This document shows, in pieces, positions 63,254 through 64,000 of a stretch of 64,000 bases of DNA. The stretch is from Candidatus Omnitrophota bacterium. GTDB lineage: Bacteria; Omnitrophota; Gorgyraeia; Gygaellales; Profunditerraquicolaceae. Below the pieces are notes generated by a model. The model was not told the origin of the DNA. It made no database searches and was given only the letters and a program-made list of their open reading frames with translations. A program made the position numbers and the translations under genes. How positions within the stretch are numbered: position 1 is the stretch's first letter; the number at the start of each line of letters is the position of its first letter. The stretch covers positions 134,448-198,447 of the forward strand of contig JAQUOV010000001.1 in assembly GCA_028716965.1 (NCBI GenBank). Reading direction: 5' to 3'.

Positions 63254-64000
63254 TTATTTCTCCAGCTCTTGTTTGATCGCATCCTCTAGTTCATCTTTCG
63301 TCCAAAACAAATCTATTTTCTTCAGGAATTCCACTTCTTTAACCTGACCGTCTTTTTTTACAGAAAATTTATTTTTACCGTTTATTATTATCCCTCCGCA
63401 GGCAAGGCCGGTCTTGCGCCAAAGCACATAACCTTCATCACTGCGGAAATCAATACATTCAACTTTGACCTGCCCGTTAAACTTCTGCGGCAGGGTTTCC
63501 AAGTAATTTTTAATATAAAGATGCTCTTCATTAAAAGGGTAATAAGCCTTAATATCAACCGTTGCTATGGTTTTGGCGGCTGCGACCTGGCTTGCCTCTT
63601 TAAGGTTACCTGCCAGGCCATATTTGGATAATACCATCTGCCCCTTTGGAGAAAACATAAAATCGATAAAGCCCTGGGCAATCTTCTTATTTTTGCTTTC
63701 GTTTAATATGCCGATATAGTTATGGATCGGCGGATGACTTTTTCCGGGCAACCAGGCAACAACCTTTATCGCACCCTGGGAAACCTTACCTGTATCTGTT
63801 TCAAAAGGGCAAACATTATAATGTATACCGGCATCGGCTTTCTTGGCAGCGATAAATGATAAAGCCTCAATAGGCGTATTGGTAAGCATTATGGATTTAG
63901 CATTGTTTAATTTATCCCAATATCCCAAATTCTTAAGCGCCATAACAGAATACTCTCCGATAGAATTGTAATCGGGGTTGGCGATAGCAACAACCTTCAC
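63254..64000 (-). CDS. ABC-transporter periplasmic substrate-binding protein, ModA/WtpA-like, with a C-terminal extension. The 5' end lies beyond the window.
   Basis: IMLTNTPIEALSFIAAKKADAGIHYNV...KVVAWLPGKSHP resembles the ModA fold. The ORF is open to the window edge. Confidence 0.45.
   Translation of the reverse strand: MKVVAIANPDYNSIGEYSVMALKNLGYWDKLNNAKSIMLTNTPIEALSFIAAKKADAGIHYNVCPFETDTGKVSQGAIKVVAWLPGKSHPPIHNYIGILNESKNKKIAQGFIDFMFSPKGQMVLSKYGLAGNLKEASQVAAAKTIATVDIKAYYPFNEEHLYIKNYLETLPQKFNGQVKVECIDFRSDEGYVLWRKTGLACGGIIINGKNKFSVKKDGQVKEVEFLKKIDLFWTKDELEDAIKQELEK

Overview
Every credible gene I can support (about 70 CDS) lies on the minus strand, so the whole window reads as one long co-directional array. 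I found no rRNA, tRNA or CRISPR. The content, in plus-strand coordinates, is: (1) 1-20.3 kb: a surface-glycan locus with no glycosyltransferases in view. It carries a legionaminic/pseudaminic-acid-like nonulosonic-acid pathway (PtmE-like CBS-nucleotidyltransferase, SDR, DegT aminotransferase, a formyltransferase where an N-acetyltransferase is expected, NeuC, NeuB, NeuA), plus Gmd, a Wzz-like co-polymerase, an EPS-type MarR regulator, a bona fide GDP-mannose 3,5-epimerase (GME), two tandem CDP-paratose-2-epimerase-like SDRs, rmlB-rmlD-rmlA (no rmlC) and a SemiSWEET. (2) Toxin-antitoxin and abortive-infection modules interrupt this locus: a RhuM-Doc gene split by one in-frame TAA, an ORF6N protein, AbiEi/AbiEii, and BrnTA with a homopolymer frameshift in brnT. 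(3) Two REP-associated tyrosine transposase (RAYT, IS200-like Y1) genes, each flanked by inverted copies of a ~55-bp repeat. The same repeat family is scattered through at least a dozen intergenic sites, nearly always in one orientation and often abutting start codons. A second repeat family, GGGAC...GTCCC palindromes that form inverted doublets, sits between co-directional genes. (4) Housekeeping genes: tyrS, rpsA, plsC, a PGM/PMM-family mutase, rpe, nadD, proA, proB, obg, rplU (no rpmA), RNase G and a DUF2344 protein. (5) One type IV pilus super-operon: pilB, pilC, a GspG-like pseudopilin, pilA, a PilX-like protein, two minor pilins, a PilM-PilN fusion, pilO, pilP, two pilin-like genes between pilP and pilQ, then pilQ. 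Next to it is a large sensor kinase with a degenerate GGDEF tail and a stand-alone receiver. (6) A cobalt/nickel ECF-type transporter split into two loci (cbiQ-cbiO with a His-rich CbiO tail; an outer-membrane barrel, cbiM and a PDGLE/CbiN-like gene next to nikR), with candidate NikR boxes. (7) gcvT-gcvH-gcvPA-gcvPB-lplA-lipA. (8) A DEAD-box helicase and a partial ModA-like binding protein. All calls rest on reading translated ORFs and repeats by eye; I ran no database searches.
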